Part shown: one piece after another, positions 38,354 to 48,575 of the stretch | Numbering within the stretch: the stretch's first letter is position 1 | Layout of the letters: the number at the start of each line of letters is the position of its first letter | Assembly: GCA_024346625.1 (NCBI GenBank) | Contig: AP024664.1 | Coordinates: 2,604,001 to 2,668,000 of the forward strand | Length of the DNA: 64,000 bases | Source: Williopsis jadinii | Lineage: Eukaryota | Reading direction: 5' to 3' | Notes under the pieces: generated by a model | Told to the model about the DNA's origin: nothing | Database searches by the model: none | What the model saw: the letters and a program-made list of their open reading frames with translations, nothing else | Translations under genes and position numbers: made by a program

Positions 38354-39123
38354 TGTTTCTATAGACGTTTCAATCGAATTAGACTGGTTTGTGAATTAAT
38401 ACCTCTTCGCTCTTCTTCGTTTTTCGTTTTTTTTTTCTTGCACTTCAACCCAGGAAAGCACACAGAAAGCGACAAAAAATGCAATTACGCAATGGACAAG
38501 CGAAAAAAAAGCGAGAGAAGGAAATGAAGAGAGAAATGTAGGTAAAAGACAGTTTATGAATAGCGGAGCAAATTGTTAGGGGGTTCCTCCTGTTTTATCT
38601 ATTTACGTCAGCGTAGTTTCTATAAACCGAATGGGCAATTTCCTTTCTTTATATCTGTTTTATGGGGTTGCCTACCTAAAAAACACACTGGACAGTGAGC
38701 TCTTAGTATTGAGGCCTTACGAAAGTTTATTAACGGAATTCGGAGAATCAAACCCAACCAACCAAACGCGCAAAAAAGAACAAAACACAAACAAGCAAAC
38801 GACATACAAAAAATCCTGTGTTAACGGGAGGGCGTTTCCAAGCGCGCAGAGAAAAGTTTTCATTTGCGTTCGTTTGTGAGAAAAGAAGTGGAAAAACACA
38901 CACACAGAGCGACTTTGGCGACAGCTTCTCGTTTGAAGAAACGCGTCTGAAAGTTACACATGGGGCTGCGTAAGTCTGAGAACGAGACGGCTCAGTGGGG
39001 TTCTGTCGCCTATGCGCGAAGCTACTGGTGGCCTAGCGGTGGCGGGCTACAAGGGGACAGTACAGAACAATACGGAGAATTAGTGTTATGAAGTACGGGC
39101 TTCCAGAAGTGAACCGGATCGCC

Positions 39124-39568
39124 TTATATAGCCCTCAGCCTATCCCTAATCGCAGCACCAGCTACGGAGTACACCAGCAACCCCATAACCAGCGTTATAA
39201 ACCCATACACGATGATCTGGTCCTTTGTAGATTCTCTCTCTAGTTCGGAAAGGCACAAGGCAAGTGTGCGTCTGTTAGTATATAACCAAAGCGGGTACCG
39301 TGGATGGTAATGCGCTAGCATCACCATACACAGGGGGTCCAAATCACAATCACTTACGAAAACAACTGGTAGTGAAGCCATCCTCTTCCACGCCGGCACA
39401 CTGCTCCACCTGCCGTGACTCACAGAAACTCCTCGTACAGGCATTACACCCTTCGTCTGCTAACGGTATCACCGCGTACCCACCATCACACTGGCACCTA
39501 CAGAACTGTTCGTAGCACAGGGCAGTTGAGACCAGCACAGGAAAGAGTATCTTCAGCTTCAATTGCAT
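39124..39568 (-). CDS. Small Cys-rich type I membrane protein of unknown function, 2 exons (39568-39358, 39239-39124), 108 aa
   Basis: Signal peptide, FCRCQC...CNACTRSFC...C...SCFQRESTKDQIIV, then a TM helix; GTAAGT...TACTAAC...TAG intron joins two partial ORFs. Confidence 0.8.
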
Positions 39569-39789
39569 TGTTCAACAGCGCCTTCCTCCCTGCCGTGTGG
39601 TCGATGTTGTTGGGCGTAAACAGCGACGTTTCCAACCTTTTCGAGATACGCTGTTGATGTGTGGGTGTTGATCGAAATCTCAGCCAAGGGGGCCCGCTAG
39701 CGGGAAAATTGCAACTTTGGATGGCGAAAAAGGCCCCAAACCACAAGACATCAACAAAAAGTAAACAAAGGAAACATACACAAACACAG

Positions 39790-40983
39790 ATGTCGTCTGC
39801 CGCTGTACACGAAGCTGGAATCAAGCCATTCTTCGAGCAACGTATCCAAGATACAGAGATTGAAATCAACTCGAAGACGCAGAATCTACGCCGTCTTGAA
39901 GCTCAGAGAAACTCTCTAAATTCCAAAGTTCGTCTGCTGAAGGATGAGCTCAAACTCCTCCAAGAACCAGGCTCCTACGTCGGCGAGGTGATCAAGCCTT
40001 TGAGCAAGAAGAAAGTGCTGGTGAAGATTCATCCAGAGGGGAAATACATTGTGGACTTGTCACCTGATATTGACGTGAAGGATATCAAGGCGTCATTGAG
40101 GGTTTGCCTCAAGTCTGATTCGTATCTCTTGCACAAGATATTACCGAACAAAGTTGATCCGTTGGTGAGTTTAATGATGGTGGAGAAAGTGCCGGATTCG
40201 ACGTATGATATGGTTGGTGGATTGACCAAACAGATCAAGGAGATTAAGGAAGTTATTGAGTTACCAGTGAAGCATCCAGAGTTGTTTGAATCTCTAGGTA
40301 TTGCACAGCCAAAAGGTGTAATCCTTTATGGGCCTCCTGGTACAGGTAAGACATTGCTGGCTAGAGCTGTGGCTCATCATACGGACTGTAAGTTCATCAG
40401 AGTCTCCGGTTCTGAACTGGTTCAAAAATATATCGGTGAAGGTTCAAGAATGGTTAGAGAGCTATTCGTCATGGCTAGAGAACATGCTCCTTCCATTATC
40501 TTTATGGATGAAATCGATTCCATCGGCTCTTCAAGAGTTGAAGGTTCCAGTGGTGGTGACTCCGAAGTGCAAAGAACAATGTTGGAGTTGTTGAATCAAT
40601 TGGATGGGTTTGAGAACTCCAAGGATATTAAAATCATCATGGCAACTAATAGACTGGATATCTTGGATCCTGCTCTCTTAAGACCGGGAAGAATTGATAG
40701 AAAGATTGAGTTCCCCGCCCCAACTGTTGCCGCAAGAACAGAAATATTGAGAATCCACTCAAGGGCGATGAACTTGACAAGAGGTATAAACTTGAGAAAG
40801 ATTGCAGAAAAGATGAATGGCTGCTCAGGTGCTGATGTGAAAGGTGTTTGTACGGAGGCTGGTATGTACGCATTGAGAGAACGTAGAATCCACGTTACAC
40901 AAGAAGATTTTGAACTTGCAGTGGCAAAGGTTATGAACAAGAACGACGAAGCACAAGTCTCCGTGGCAAAGCTCTACAAATAG
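39790..40983 (+). CDS. RPT6: 26S proteasome AAA ATPase
   Basis: [34 protein letters not shown] and [13 protein letters not shown] motifs; ATG 39790. Confidence 0.97.
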   Translation: MSSAAVHEAGIKPFFEQRIQDTEIEINSKTQNLRRLEAQRNSLNSKVRLLKDELKLLQEPGSYVGEVIKPLSKKKVLVKIHPEGKYIVDLSPDIDVKDIKASLRVCLKSDSYLLHKILPNKVDPLVSLMMVEKVPDSTYDMVGGLTKQIKEIKEVIELPVKHPELFESLGIAQPKGVILYGPPGTGKTLLARAVAHHTDCKFIRVSGSELVQKYIGEGSRMVRELFVMAREHAPSIIFMDEIDSIGSSRVEGSSGGDSEVQRTMLELLNQLDGFENSKDIKIIMATNRLDILDPALLRPGRIDRKIEFPAPTVAARTEILRIHSRAMNLTRGINLRKIAEKMNGCSGADVKGVCTEAGMYALRERRIHVTQEDFELAVAKVMNKNDEAQVSVAKLYK

Positions 40984-41261
40984 TTCCTTTTAAAAGAACA
41001 TAACTTGATCTGTTTAATCTGTATAAGTATCTTTTGAACAATCGAATGAGCCAATTAATGTAGTCGGCAGTTAACTCATAATCTTCAAAAACATGAAACA
41101 TGATATATAAATATGAAACGTATAAATATGAGGTAGTTTGCACTTCAAATAAATAAATAAGGGGTGGTTGTCGTCATGGATGAATGACAAATGTGTTGCA
41201 GGGGTTGAAAATAAACAATAAATAGGGATAAATAAGTTTAATGGAGTGTGTAGGCCAGCAT

Positions 41262-43454
41262 TCATGCCATGGCGTAGTCAGGGTTTTCATCATGGATTTT
41301 ATCACCCTTCTCTCCAAAGCTAGCAATACACTTGGCCATGGTGACAGAACTTCTAGAGATAACATCGGTCATCCAATAGTTCTCAATAGGGTTCTTTAAT
41401 GCGACACCGGTGGCCTTAGCATCGATGGTACTTAGAGAGTTAATTCCAAGCTTGGCAATTGCTGAGCTTACTGGCTGTAACACGTTTGGAACGAGCAAAC
41501 TTGGAGAGATCTCGCCCATTCTGAATCTCAAGGCATGGACGTTATCATACTTTAAAGGCGAGCCCAAGAACTCTGAAACTGCACGAATGATCTTCCAGTC
41601 TTCTCTTGCAGAACCAGGTGGGTTGGTAGCAGCTCTTGTCATTTGAACTCTACCTTCAGTGTTGATATAGGTAGCGTTCTTTTCTGTGTATGCAGATCCT
41701 GGAAGAATAACATCTGCGAAAGAGGCACCCAAATCACCATGGTGACCTTGGTAAACAACAAATGCATCACGTGGAATATCTTGGTTCTTAATTTCATCTG
41801 CACCTAACAAGTACAGGAACTTTGGTTTGGTCTCAGCGTTGGCTCTGGAGTTGTTGAAGAAACCAACTTCCAAAGCACCAGCACGAGCAGCTTCACGTTG
41901 CAGAACGTTGAATCCATTCCATTCATCTGTGATAAAGTTACTCTCATGCTCCTTAACGAACTTGCTCACAGTTGAATAGATAGCCTTAGAGTCAGCAGAG
42001 TTTGCAACAGCAGAACCAAGAATGATCATTGGATGCTTAGCAGAAGCGAGCTTTTTACCAACATCTCCGGCCAATGCAGAAGCAAGGTCATTTGCGGTTT
42101 CACCAACGTGGTTTAAGTCGAATGTGGAATCAAACGACTCACCAACGTGGTGAATCTCCAAATCGCTGTTCAACCAGGTACCTCTAATTCTAGCATTCAA
42201 GACACTAGCCTCATGACGTGGGTTTGTACCAACAAGCAAAATTTGATCTGCACTCTCGATACCGTAGATAGAACTGTTGAAGACAAAGTTGGACTTCACG
42301 TTAGCACCGTATGGTGCTGGCTCATTCTCTCTGGCAATGTCATCTGTCGTGAGGTTCTCAGAGCCAAGGGTGTTGATCAAATCTTTCAAGGCAACCATGG
42401 ATTCGACATCAGATAAGGCACCGGCAATGGCCTTCAATTCAGCACCTTGTGGCTGGATCTTCTTGTAAGCAGCAGCGATGGTGGAGAGAGCCTCTTCCCA
42501 AGTAGCTGGCTCAAAGTTGTTACCAACTCTAACTAATGGTGTGGTCAATCTTTGAGTCTTCAAACCATCACAGGCAAAACGGGTCTTATCAGAGATCCAC
42601 TCTTCGTTCACATCATCGTTCAATCTAGGAAGCACTCTCATAACCTCAACACCTCTACAGTCAACTCTGATGTTCGAACCAACAGCGTCCAAAACGTCGA
42701 TTGTTTCAGTTCTCTTCAATTCCCATGGTCTGGCCTTGAAAGCATATGGCTTGGAGGTCAATGCACCAACAGGGCACAAGTCGATGATGTTACCAGACAA
42801 CTCAGAGTTGACGTTTCTCTCAACGTAGGTTCCAATTTGCATGTCGTTACCACGACCAGTAGTACCAAATTCAGAAGCACCGGCAACATCGTTCAAGAAT
42901 CTAACACATCTAGTGCAGTGGATGCAACGGTTCATAGAGGTCTTGATGAGTGGGCCAATAGCCTTGTTCTCAACAGCTCTCTTACCAGCGGCTTCGACAA
43001 AACGGCCCCTGTCGGAACCATATCTCATGGTTTGCTCTTGCAAGTCACATTCACCAGCCTGATCACAAACAGGACAATCCAGAGGGTGGTTCTCAAGCAA
43101 AAACTCAGTGATACCTTCTCTCGACTGCTTCACACGTTCGCTATCGGTGTGGACAACCATTCCATTCCTGACGGGGAATGCACATGACGCAATCAACTTT
43201 GGTGCCTTCTCAACATCAACAAGACACATACGACAGTTACCGGCAATGGCAAGCTTATCATGGTAACAGTAACGAGGCACTGTGACTCCGGCCTTGTCAC
43301 ACGCCTGGATGATGGAAGAGCCATCCTCAATCATAACCTTGATGTTGTCAACGGTGACTTCAACCTCCTTACGTACGCGACAGGAAGAGCGGAAGAGACG
43401 AGCCAAGGGCTGCGACGTCTGTGCAACGGATCTTATACGAGCCAATGGAAACAT
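41262..43454 (-). CDS. NDUFS1: Complex I 75-kDa Fe-S subunit (NDUFS1/NUAM)
   Basis: PRYCYH, AGNCRMCLV, NHPLDCPVCDQAGECDLQ and RCIHCTRCVRF motifs. Confidence 0.97.
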   Translation of the reverse strand: MFPLARIRSVAQTSQPLARLFRSSCRVRKEVEVTVDNIKVMIEDGSSIIQACDKAGVTVPRYCYHDKLAIAGNCRMCLVDVEKAPKLIASCAFPVRNGMVVHTDSERVKQSREGITEFLLENHPLDCPVCDQAGECDLQEQTMRYGSDRGRFVEAAGKRAVENKAIGPLIKTSMNRCIHCTRCVRFLNDVAGASEFGTTGRGNDMQIGTYVERNVNSELSGNIIDLCPVGALTSKPYAFKARPWELKRTETIDVLDAVGSNIRVDCRGVEVMRVLPRLNDDVNEEWISDKTRFACDGLKTQRLTTPLVRVGNNFEPATWEEALSTIAAAYKKIQPQGAELKAIAGALSDVESMVALKDLINTLGSENLTTDDIARENEPAPYGANVKSNFVFNSSIYGIESADQILLVGTNPRHEASVLNARIRGTWLNSDLEIHHVGESFDSTFDLNHVGETANDLASALAGDVGKKLASAKHPMIILGSAVANSADSKAIYSTVSKFVKEHESNFITDEWNGFNVLQREAARAGALEVGFFNNSRANAETKPKFLYLLGADEIKNQDIPRDAFVVYQGHHGDLGASFADVILPGSAYTEKNATYINTEGRVQMTRAATNPPGSAREDWKIIRAVSEFLGSPLKYDNVHALRFRMGEISPSLLVPNVLQPVSSAIAKLGINSLSTIDAKATGVALKNPIENYWMTDVISRSSVTMAKCIASFGEKGDKIHDENPDYAMA

Positions 43455-43683
43455 GGTTTTAGACCTTGATAAATGTAATCAGACAGTAATATGAATCAAC
43501 ACTGAGATCCGTACTGTTTTGTTTGTACTTTTCCTCCAAAATTTTCCCTTTTCCCCTTTGGAGAGCGTTGTATTTTCGGCCTTTTGGGGTTGGCGGTTGG
43601 CCCCTTAAAAATTTCGCACGGTTTTGTGGTTAAGTTGTGTGTTTCGCAATTTCGCGGATTACTTTTCGCAATTTACTGAGTTC

Positions 43684-43690
43684 TGATTGG
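43684..43690 (-). promoter_or_regulatory. CCAATCA (Hap2/3/5-type) box upstream of the complex I gene
   Basis: TGATTGG on the plus strand, ~230 bp upstream of the ATG. Confidence 0.4.
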
Positions 43691-43850
43691 TAAAAAAAAA
43701 GGACAACGCGCGCTGACATTTTCACACGAAAACGAAAACGAAACTGCCCAAAACAGACAAACATACAGATTTGCGCAAAAAAAAATAACACACACATAGC
43801 AGATTACGTAAACATATACTATTACAACGGTGGTTTAGCTGTTTAGTTCA

Positions 43851-46841
43851 TCATCCTAAGTTCAAGTTCTTCAGAGTTTGGGCCAACTTTTCGTCTTGGA
43901 ACTTCTCGAGTTTATTAGAGTAACTTGAATTGATTTGGAGGCTCGGATCGTACAAGTTCTTTGGATCAAAGTCCTCTTCTTCATTTCCAATGGTGGAGTT
44001 CTCGTTGATATCCCCATGGTTTGCACTTTGGGCATCTATACCCTCATCAGGGTTGTTCTTGTTGTAGTAGTCTGTGAGTGATGGCCAGTTGGACTTGGCA
44101 AAGAAAGAAGGATACGCATTTTGTATCCCTGAGGAGCGTGTAGCGTCACCATCGGTGTTGAAGGACATTAGAGCGTTTGCTCCATAATCACGAGCCGTGG
44201 ACTGTGCCTTTGCAGACCCAGCCGGTTGTGATTGTTGGGCAAGACCACGGTTCTTATTCTGTAGTTTGGCGTTGGCGAATTCTAACTGAACAACAGAGAG
44301 TTGCAAGTTGTCTAGTCTGCCTTCAACCAAACAACCCTTCTCTCTGAAATGTATCAACAGCTTAGTCCAGAGGAAATCCCTGGTGAATGATCTAGGGTTA
44401 CCCAAAATAACCAATCCATACTTCGCACGGGTCAATGCAACGTTCAAGCGTCTATAATCCCGCAAGAATCCAATGTTCTGTTGATCGTTAGATCTAACAC
44501 ACGAAAAGATGATAAAATCCTTTTCACGGCCTTGGAACGCATCGACAGAAGCAACCTCGATGGAAGCATAAAGATCTTTATCCATGGTACCGCTCATCGT
44601 CATGTATTGAACCAAAAAGGCTCGTTGACCTTCATAAGGTGTAATGATTCCAATTTGTTCCGGTTTAATGCCATCCCGGAACAAACGAGTAACGATACGC
44701 TCACAGTTCATAGCTTCAATTCGGTTTAAAAATGATGTACCAGAAGCAGATATCTCTTCACGCCCAACATTTGCCCAAAACATCATTGGCGTGTCTGAAA
44801 CTGGCCATGGGAAAGTGGAGCTTGCAATGCTACGTTCCTCTTTGCTGACACCATTTTGAAGCATACCTTCGTAAAACATATTAGAAGAAAACTCGGATAA
44901 ACATGGGTTCATACGGTATTGAACCTGAAGACGAATAGGAACATGGTCCAACATAATCATACGTTCAAAGAGAGACAACTTCAAACCTGTTTCTGCTGCT
45001 CTTTTATCCATGATAATTGGACCCATCTGTTGATGATCACCAACAAGAATAACTTGTCTCGCACCGTGCGCTATTGGAATCATGCATTCCGGTTCAGAAG
45101 CTTGTGTGGTTTCATCAATCAACACTGAAGTGAACTGCATTCCGTGTAGACGCATGTCACCAGCACCAACACACGTCGTGCACACAACTTGAGCACTCTT
45201 CAAAATGGATTTCTCCTTCTTTCTCAACAGTTTGATCATTTCCTTCTGATCCTGCGAGTTCAGCTCTCCAATGTCATCCTTCAATGCAAGAAATTTCTTC
45301 AACTTTCCAGTTGCAGTCTTAGAAACCAATGTATCTAACGCCAAATGTTCTACTGCACACTCAACATCTTCACGTGATTTTGCCCTCAGTCTAACAACTT
45401 TGATCCCAATCTCGTCCAATTTACTAGCCAAATGATCAGTGGCAACATTTGATGGGGCACAAACCAAGATCTTGTTGTTGGAAAGCTTTGTCAGGTGGTA
45501 GACGATTGTTGCAGATGTGACAGTTTTACCAGTTCCTGGAGGACCTTGGATCAAACTCAGAGGTTTTTTCAACACAGACTGAACAGCTTTAACTTGAGAT
45601 TCGTTCAAGGCAGGATACCCTGGAATGGAGATCCTCGATGGTAATTTGATGTCAAATTCTGTTTCCTGAACGTCAAGGCCAAGAAGTTTATGGTAAATGT
45701 AGCTACTAACGGTTTCTTGTACAGAGGCAAACCTTCTCATAGCAAGCTGTTGTCTTTCATAGGATGTACCTTTCCAAACAAACTCTGCTCTAAAACCCGT
45801 AGTACAATCTGTTGGTACGTTTTTATCCCTTGCAGTCAATTCCACGGTGAACTCTTCGGTTCGTGAGTTTGGAATTCTAATGACATAGCCTGTAGATTTC
45901 CACGGGGCCCTGTTGTAGCCTTCATAGTGCAATAGTACTTCATCACCAACGGCAACCTTCATACCAGAACTTTCGAAAGTTGAAAGTGTAAACGAGGCCA
46001 AATTCTTGTTATTCAAAGCCATTGACCATTTAACAGATATGTGTTCTAAGCCTTGAGATTCTTTCAGCTGTTTATCGTGTTCAGCTTCTAATTGAACCAA
46101 GGGACCGTAAGTTCTCTGATATTCATAGGAGTCACGGTACCTCAACATTGCCTTCTTAACCTCAACCTCTTCCTTATCCTGTTCAATGTCTACAAGTGTA
46201 GCGTCCTTGTTCAACTTCCATTGGCTCTCTAACTTCGCAATCTGAGCGTTCTTGATAACACGAGCATGGGAAGACTCTTCTTGTGTAGGAGGAGGAGCAA
46301 TCCAGGACAGGAACTGTCTATTTTCAATCAACGAAGTCCATTCCGCAGTATCCCACCTTGGATCTTTCGTCTGAGAACAGGGAATACGGCACAAGATCAC
46401 CATGACGTGTTCAGCCTTTGCAGTCACGAACCCCAGAACAAACACGTTCCTGTTTCCACAGTTGTAACATTCCAACGGAGTATCACCGATATCAGAGTCC
46501 TCGTGCAAAGAAACAGTGTTATGCTTCGACATCACCAAATGGGTAACAATGTGCGAAGAATTCGACGAACCCTTACCGTTACAAAACCACTTGTTACAGG
46601 TGTCACATCTGATAACACTTGTGGGATTATGGATACCGCAGTAGGAGCACGCATACTCCGGTAAGCTCGCTAATGCATCATCATGGTGATGAGAGCCTTC
46701 CAACAGGGCGGCTTCATCCTCTGAAAAGTTCGACTCAACATCTGAATCAAAGTTGAAGTTTGACTCAGCATCGTCCACTTCATCTATTGCAGGAGCATCC
46801 AGATCAGCCTTGTTATATGAGAACAGAATGTTAGAGTCCAT
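43851..46841 (-). CDS. NAM7: NMD RNA helicase Upf1
   Basis: CH zinc domain (CSYCGIH, KWFCNG, LECYNCG), [18 protein letters not shown] and RRLNVALTRAK; likely ATG 46841. Confidence 0.96.
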   Translation of the reverse strand: MDSNILFSYNKADLDAPAIDEVDDAESNFNFDSDVESNFSEDEAALLEGSHHHDDALASLPEYACSYCGIHNPTSVIRCDTCNKWFCNGKGSSNSSHIVTHLVMSKHNTVSLHEDSDIGDTPLECYNCGNRNVFVLGFVTAKAEHVMVILCRIPCSQTKDPRWDTAEWTSLIENRQFLSWIAPPPTQEESSHARVIKNAQIAKLESQWKLNKDATLVDIEQDKEEVEVKKAMLRYRDSYEYQRTYGPLVQLEAEHDKQLKESQGLEHISVKWSMALNNKNLASFTLSTFESSGMKVAVGDEVLLHYEGYNRAPWKSTGYVIRIPNSRTEEFTVELTARDKNVPTDCTTGFRAEFVWKGTSYERQQLAMRRFASVQETVSSYIYHKLLGLDVQETEFDIKLPSRISIPGYPALNESQVKAVQSVLKKPLSLIQGPPGTGKTVTSATIVYHLTKLSNNKILVCAPSNVATDHLASKLDEIGIKVVRLRAKSREDVECAVEHLALDTLVSKTATGKLKKFLALKDDIGELNSQDQKEMIKLLRKKEKSILKSAQVVCTTCVGAGDMRLHGMQFTSVLIDETTQASEPECMIPIAHGARQVILVGDHQQMGPIIMDKRAAETGLKLSLFERMIMLDHVPIRLQVQYRMNPCLSEFSSNMFYEGMLQNGVSKEERSIASSTFPWPVSDTPMMFWANVGREEISASGTSFLNRIEAMNCERIVTRLFRDGIKPEQIGIITPYEGQRAFLVQYMTMSGTMDKDLYASIEVASVDAFQGREKDFIIFSCVRSNDQQNIGFLRDYRRLNVALTRAKYGLVILGNPRSFTRDFLWTKLLIHFREKGCLVEGRLDNLQLSVVQLEFANAKLQNKNRGLAQQSQPAGSAKAQSTARDYGANALMSFNTDGDATRSSGIQNAYPSFFAKSNWPSLTDYYNKNNPDEGIDAQSANHGDINENSTIGNEEEDFDPKNLYDPSLQINSSYSNKLEKFQDEKLAQTLKNLNLG

Positions 46842-47130
46842 AATGTCCTTTCGTCCTCCGCCTATTTCCAATCCAAAACAAGCGATGCTTCTGGCTGGTG
46901 AAATGTTGATCTTAAAAACGGTTCTCGAAGCTTTTTTTATGGGCCTTTGCGTTTTTCTTCCCTTGTACATTTTCGACACATTGTGTGCGCGTTCGACTCT
47001 CGCCAGTGCAGTTGGAAGTATTTTTTCGGTCTACTCTCCAGTTAACAATGCCTACAAAAGTTGCATTTTGTATTGATGACAGTGGAATGTTTGATTGATT
47101 ACTTGGATATATACAGTCATGTGCATACGA

Positions 47131-47739
47131 TTAGATCATCATCAATGGCTTCATTATGTTCTTCTGATAAGCATCGTTATGGGAGTAGAACTCGATCAGG
47201 TCATCTGTGTCGATCACCTCTTTGAACTTCTCACCAACGGTGAAGAGGTTCTTCTTGTCGGTGGACTTTGTCCAGAGGGCAATCTTGTAAACGTGTTTTC
47301 TATTGCTGTAAACAACACCGTTGACTTCATCTTCGTTGTCCTGAAGCACCTCACCAATCAAAGCGAGACAGATGTTGAGCCACACCTTGTTGATGTCGAC
47401 ATCACGCTTGTGGTTATAACTCTTGTTGAACTTTCCACCTTGTGCATTCTTGACGTCTTCCCACTCTGGTCTGATATCCTCTCTGAACAAGTGGTAGTCG
47501 GACTTGTGTGGTAATTCAGATGGTTGTGGAATAGAGTTGAAGATTCCCCAGAACTCTTCAACGGATGAAAAAGTGATAACCGGCTTCAAAAGGTCATTCC
47601 AAGTTTCATTCTCATCAACTTGCGGCTTGGTGTACCACAAGGTCCATCTACAGTTCAATGGATGCTTCTCACTGAACTCGGCAACGTTATCGCTGTTGAT
47701 GGAAAGCTCTTGTGCAGCTTGGTTCAATTGTTCTGTCAT
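47131..47739 (-). CDS. CDC33: Cap-binding translation initiation factor eIF4E
   Basis: HPLNCRWTLWY, SVEEFW, SDYHLF, PEWED and KIALW motifs; ATG 47739. Confidence 0.9.
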   Translation of the reverse strand: MTEQLNQAAQELSINSDNVAEFSEKHPLNCRWTLWYTKPQVDENETWNDLLKPVITFSSVEEFWGIFNSIPQPSELPHKSDYHLFREDIRPEWEDVKNAQGGKFNKSYNHKRDVDINKVWLNICLALIGEVLQDNEDEVNGVVYSNRKHVYKIALWTKSTDKKNLFTVGEKFKEVIDTDDLIEFYSHNDAYQKNIMKPLMMI

Positions 47740-48126
47740 TTCCAATACACTAATTCAAAAATCTATTCACCCGAGCGTTCAGTAAGTTTCACGCGAGATG
47801 GTTAATGGGTCGTTGGACAATGTCATCGACGTCGATGCACCTGGATGAATTTTTTTTCAGATGGTCGCGCGAAGCAGGGCCAGCTTGCAATGAGAAAGAA
47901 CGAGCAACATAGCTTTCGAGACAAAATTGGTACGTGATCGATAGAGAGGGCTTTGTCCTTTGTAATGGGTCAAAAGATGGTTAAATTTTATGGTATAAAC
48001 GGAATGAACGATAAATACAAGGGTGTATGATATTGCAGTTTATGAATATTCTATTCCACTAATGAAATAATTCTGTTTAGGCACCGCGCTTATGTGAAAC
48101 ACCGAAAATCGGTTTCACAACGAAAT

Positions 48127-48199
48127 GCCTCGCTGGCGCAATCGGTAGCGCTTACGACTCTTAATCGTACGGTTGTGGGTTCGAGCCCCACGTGGGGCA
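48127..48199 (+). tRNA. tRNA-Lys (anticodon CTT)
   Basis: Acceptor stem GCCTCGC/GTGGGGC, anticodon arm TACGA-ctCTTaa-TCGTA, GTTCGAG T-loop, T-run at 48211-48218. Confidence 0.95.
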
Positions 48200-48575
48200 T
48201 TTACGCTTTCTTTTTTTTGACTCTGAAGATCTTCATATAATTCTGTTTAAATACACTCAAAGAACTCGTATCTATATTGTTCATATCCTATTACCAGTTT
48301 GTAATAGAAGGTGTTACCAAAATTCAATGATCATAGATGTCGAACTTAGTGAACAAAAAGTTATTCCAATCAACACTAATTTATCCAGCTGCTTGCTCAT
48401 TAAGATCATACTACCGTTAGAACTTCTTGGCACCACCCTGAATATCAAAGTTACAGATACATATACAAAAATACCGGTTGGTATCCACCTGACAAATTGT
48501 AATGATATTGTATTTCGTAATTGCCTTTAGTTATATCTTGATCGCATCAAGCTTCAGCTAGTTGAAAAGCGCGTT

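Noticed and set aside
39720..39729. GATGGCGAAA as an Rpn4/PACE site for RPT6
   Set aside because: Deviates from GGTGGCAAA; plausible but too weak to call.
48095..48119. Hairpin GTGAAACACCGAAAATCGGTTTCAC just upstream of tRNA-Lys
   Set aside because: Short, with no further support for a function or a transposon end.
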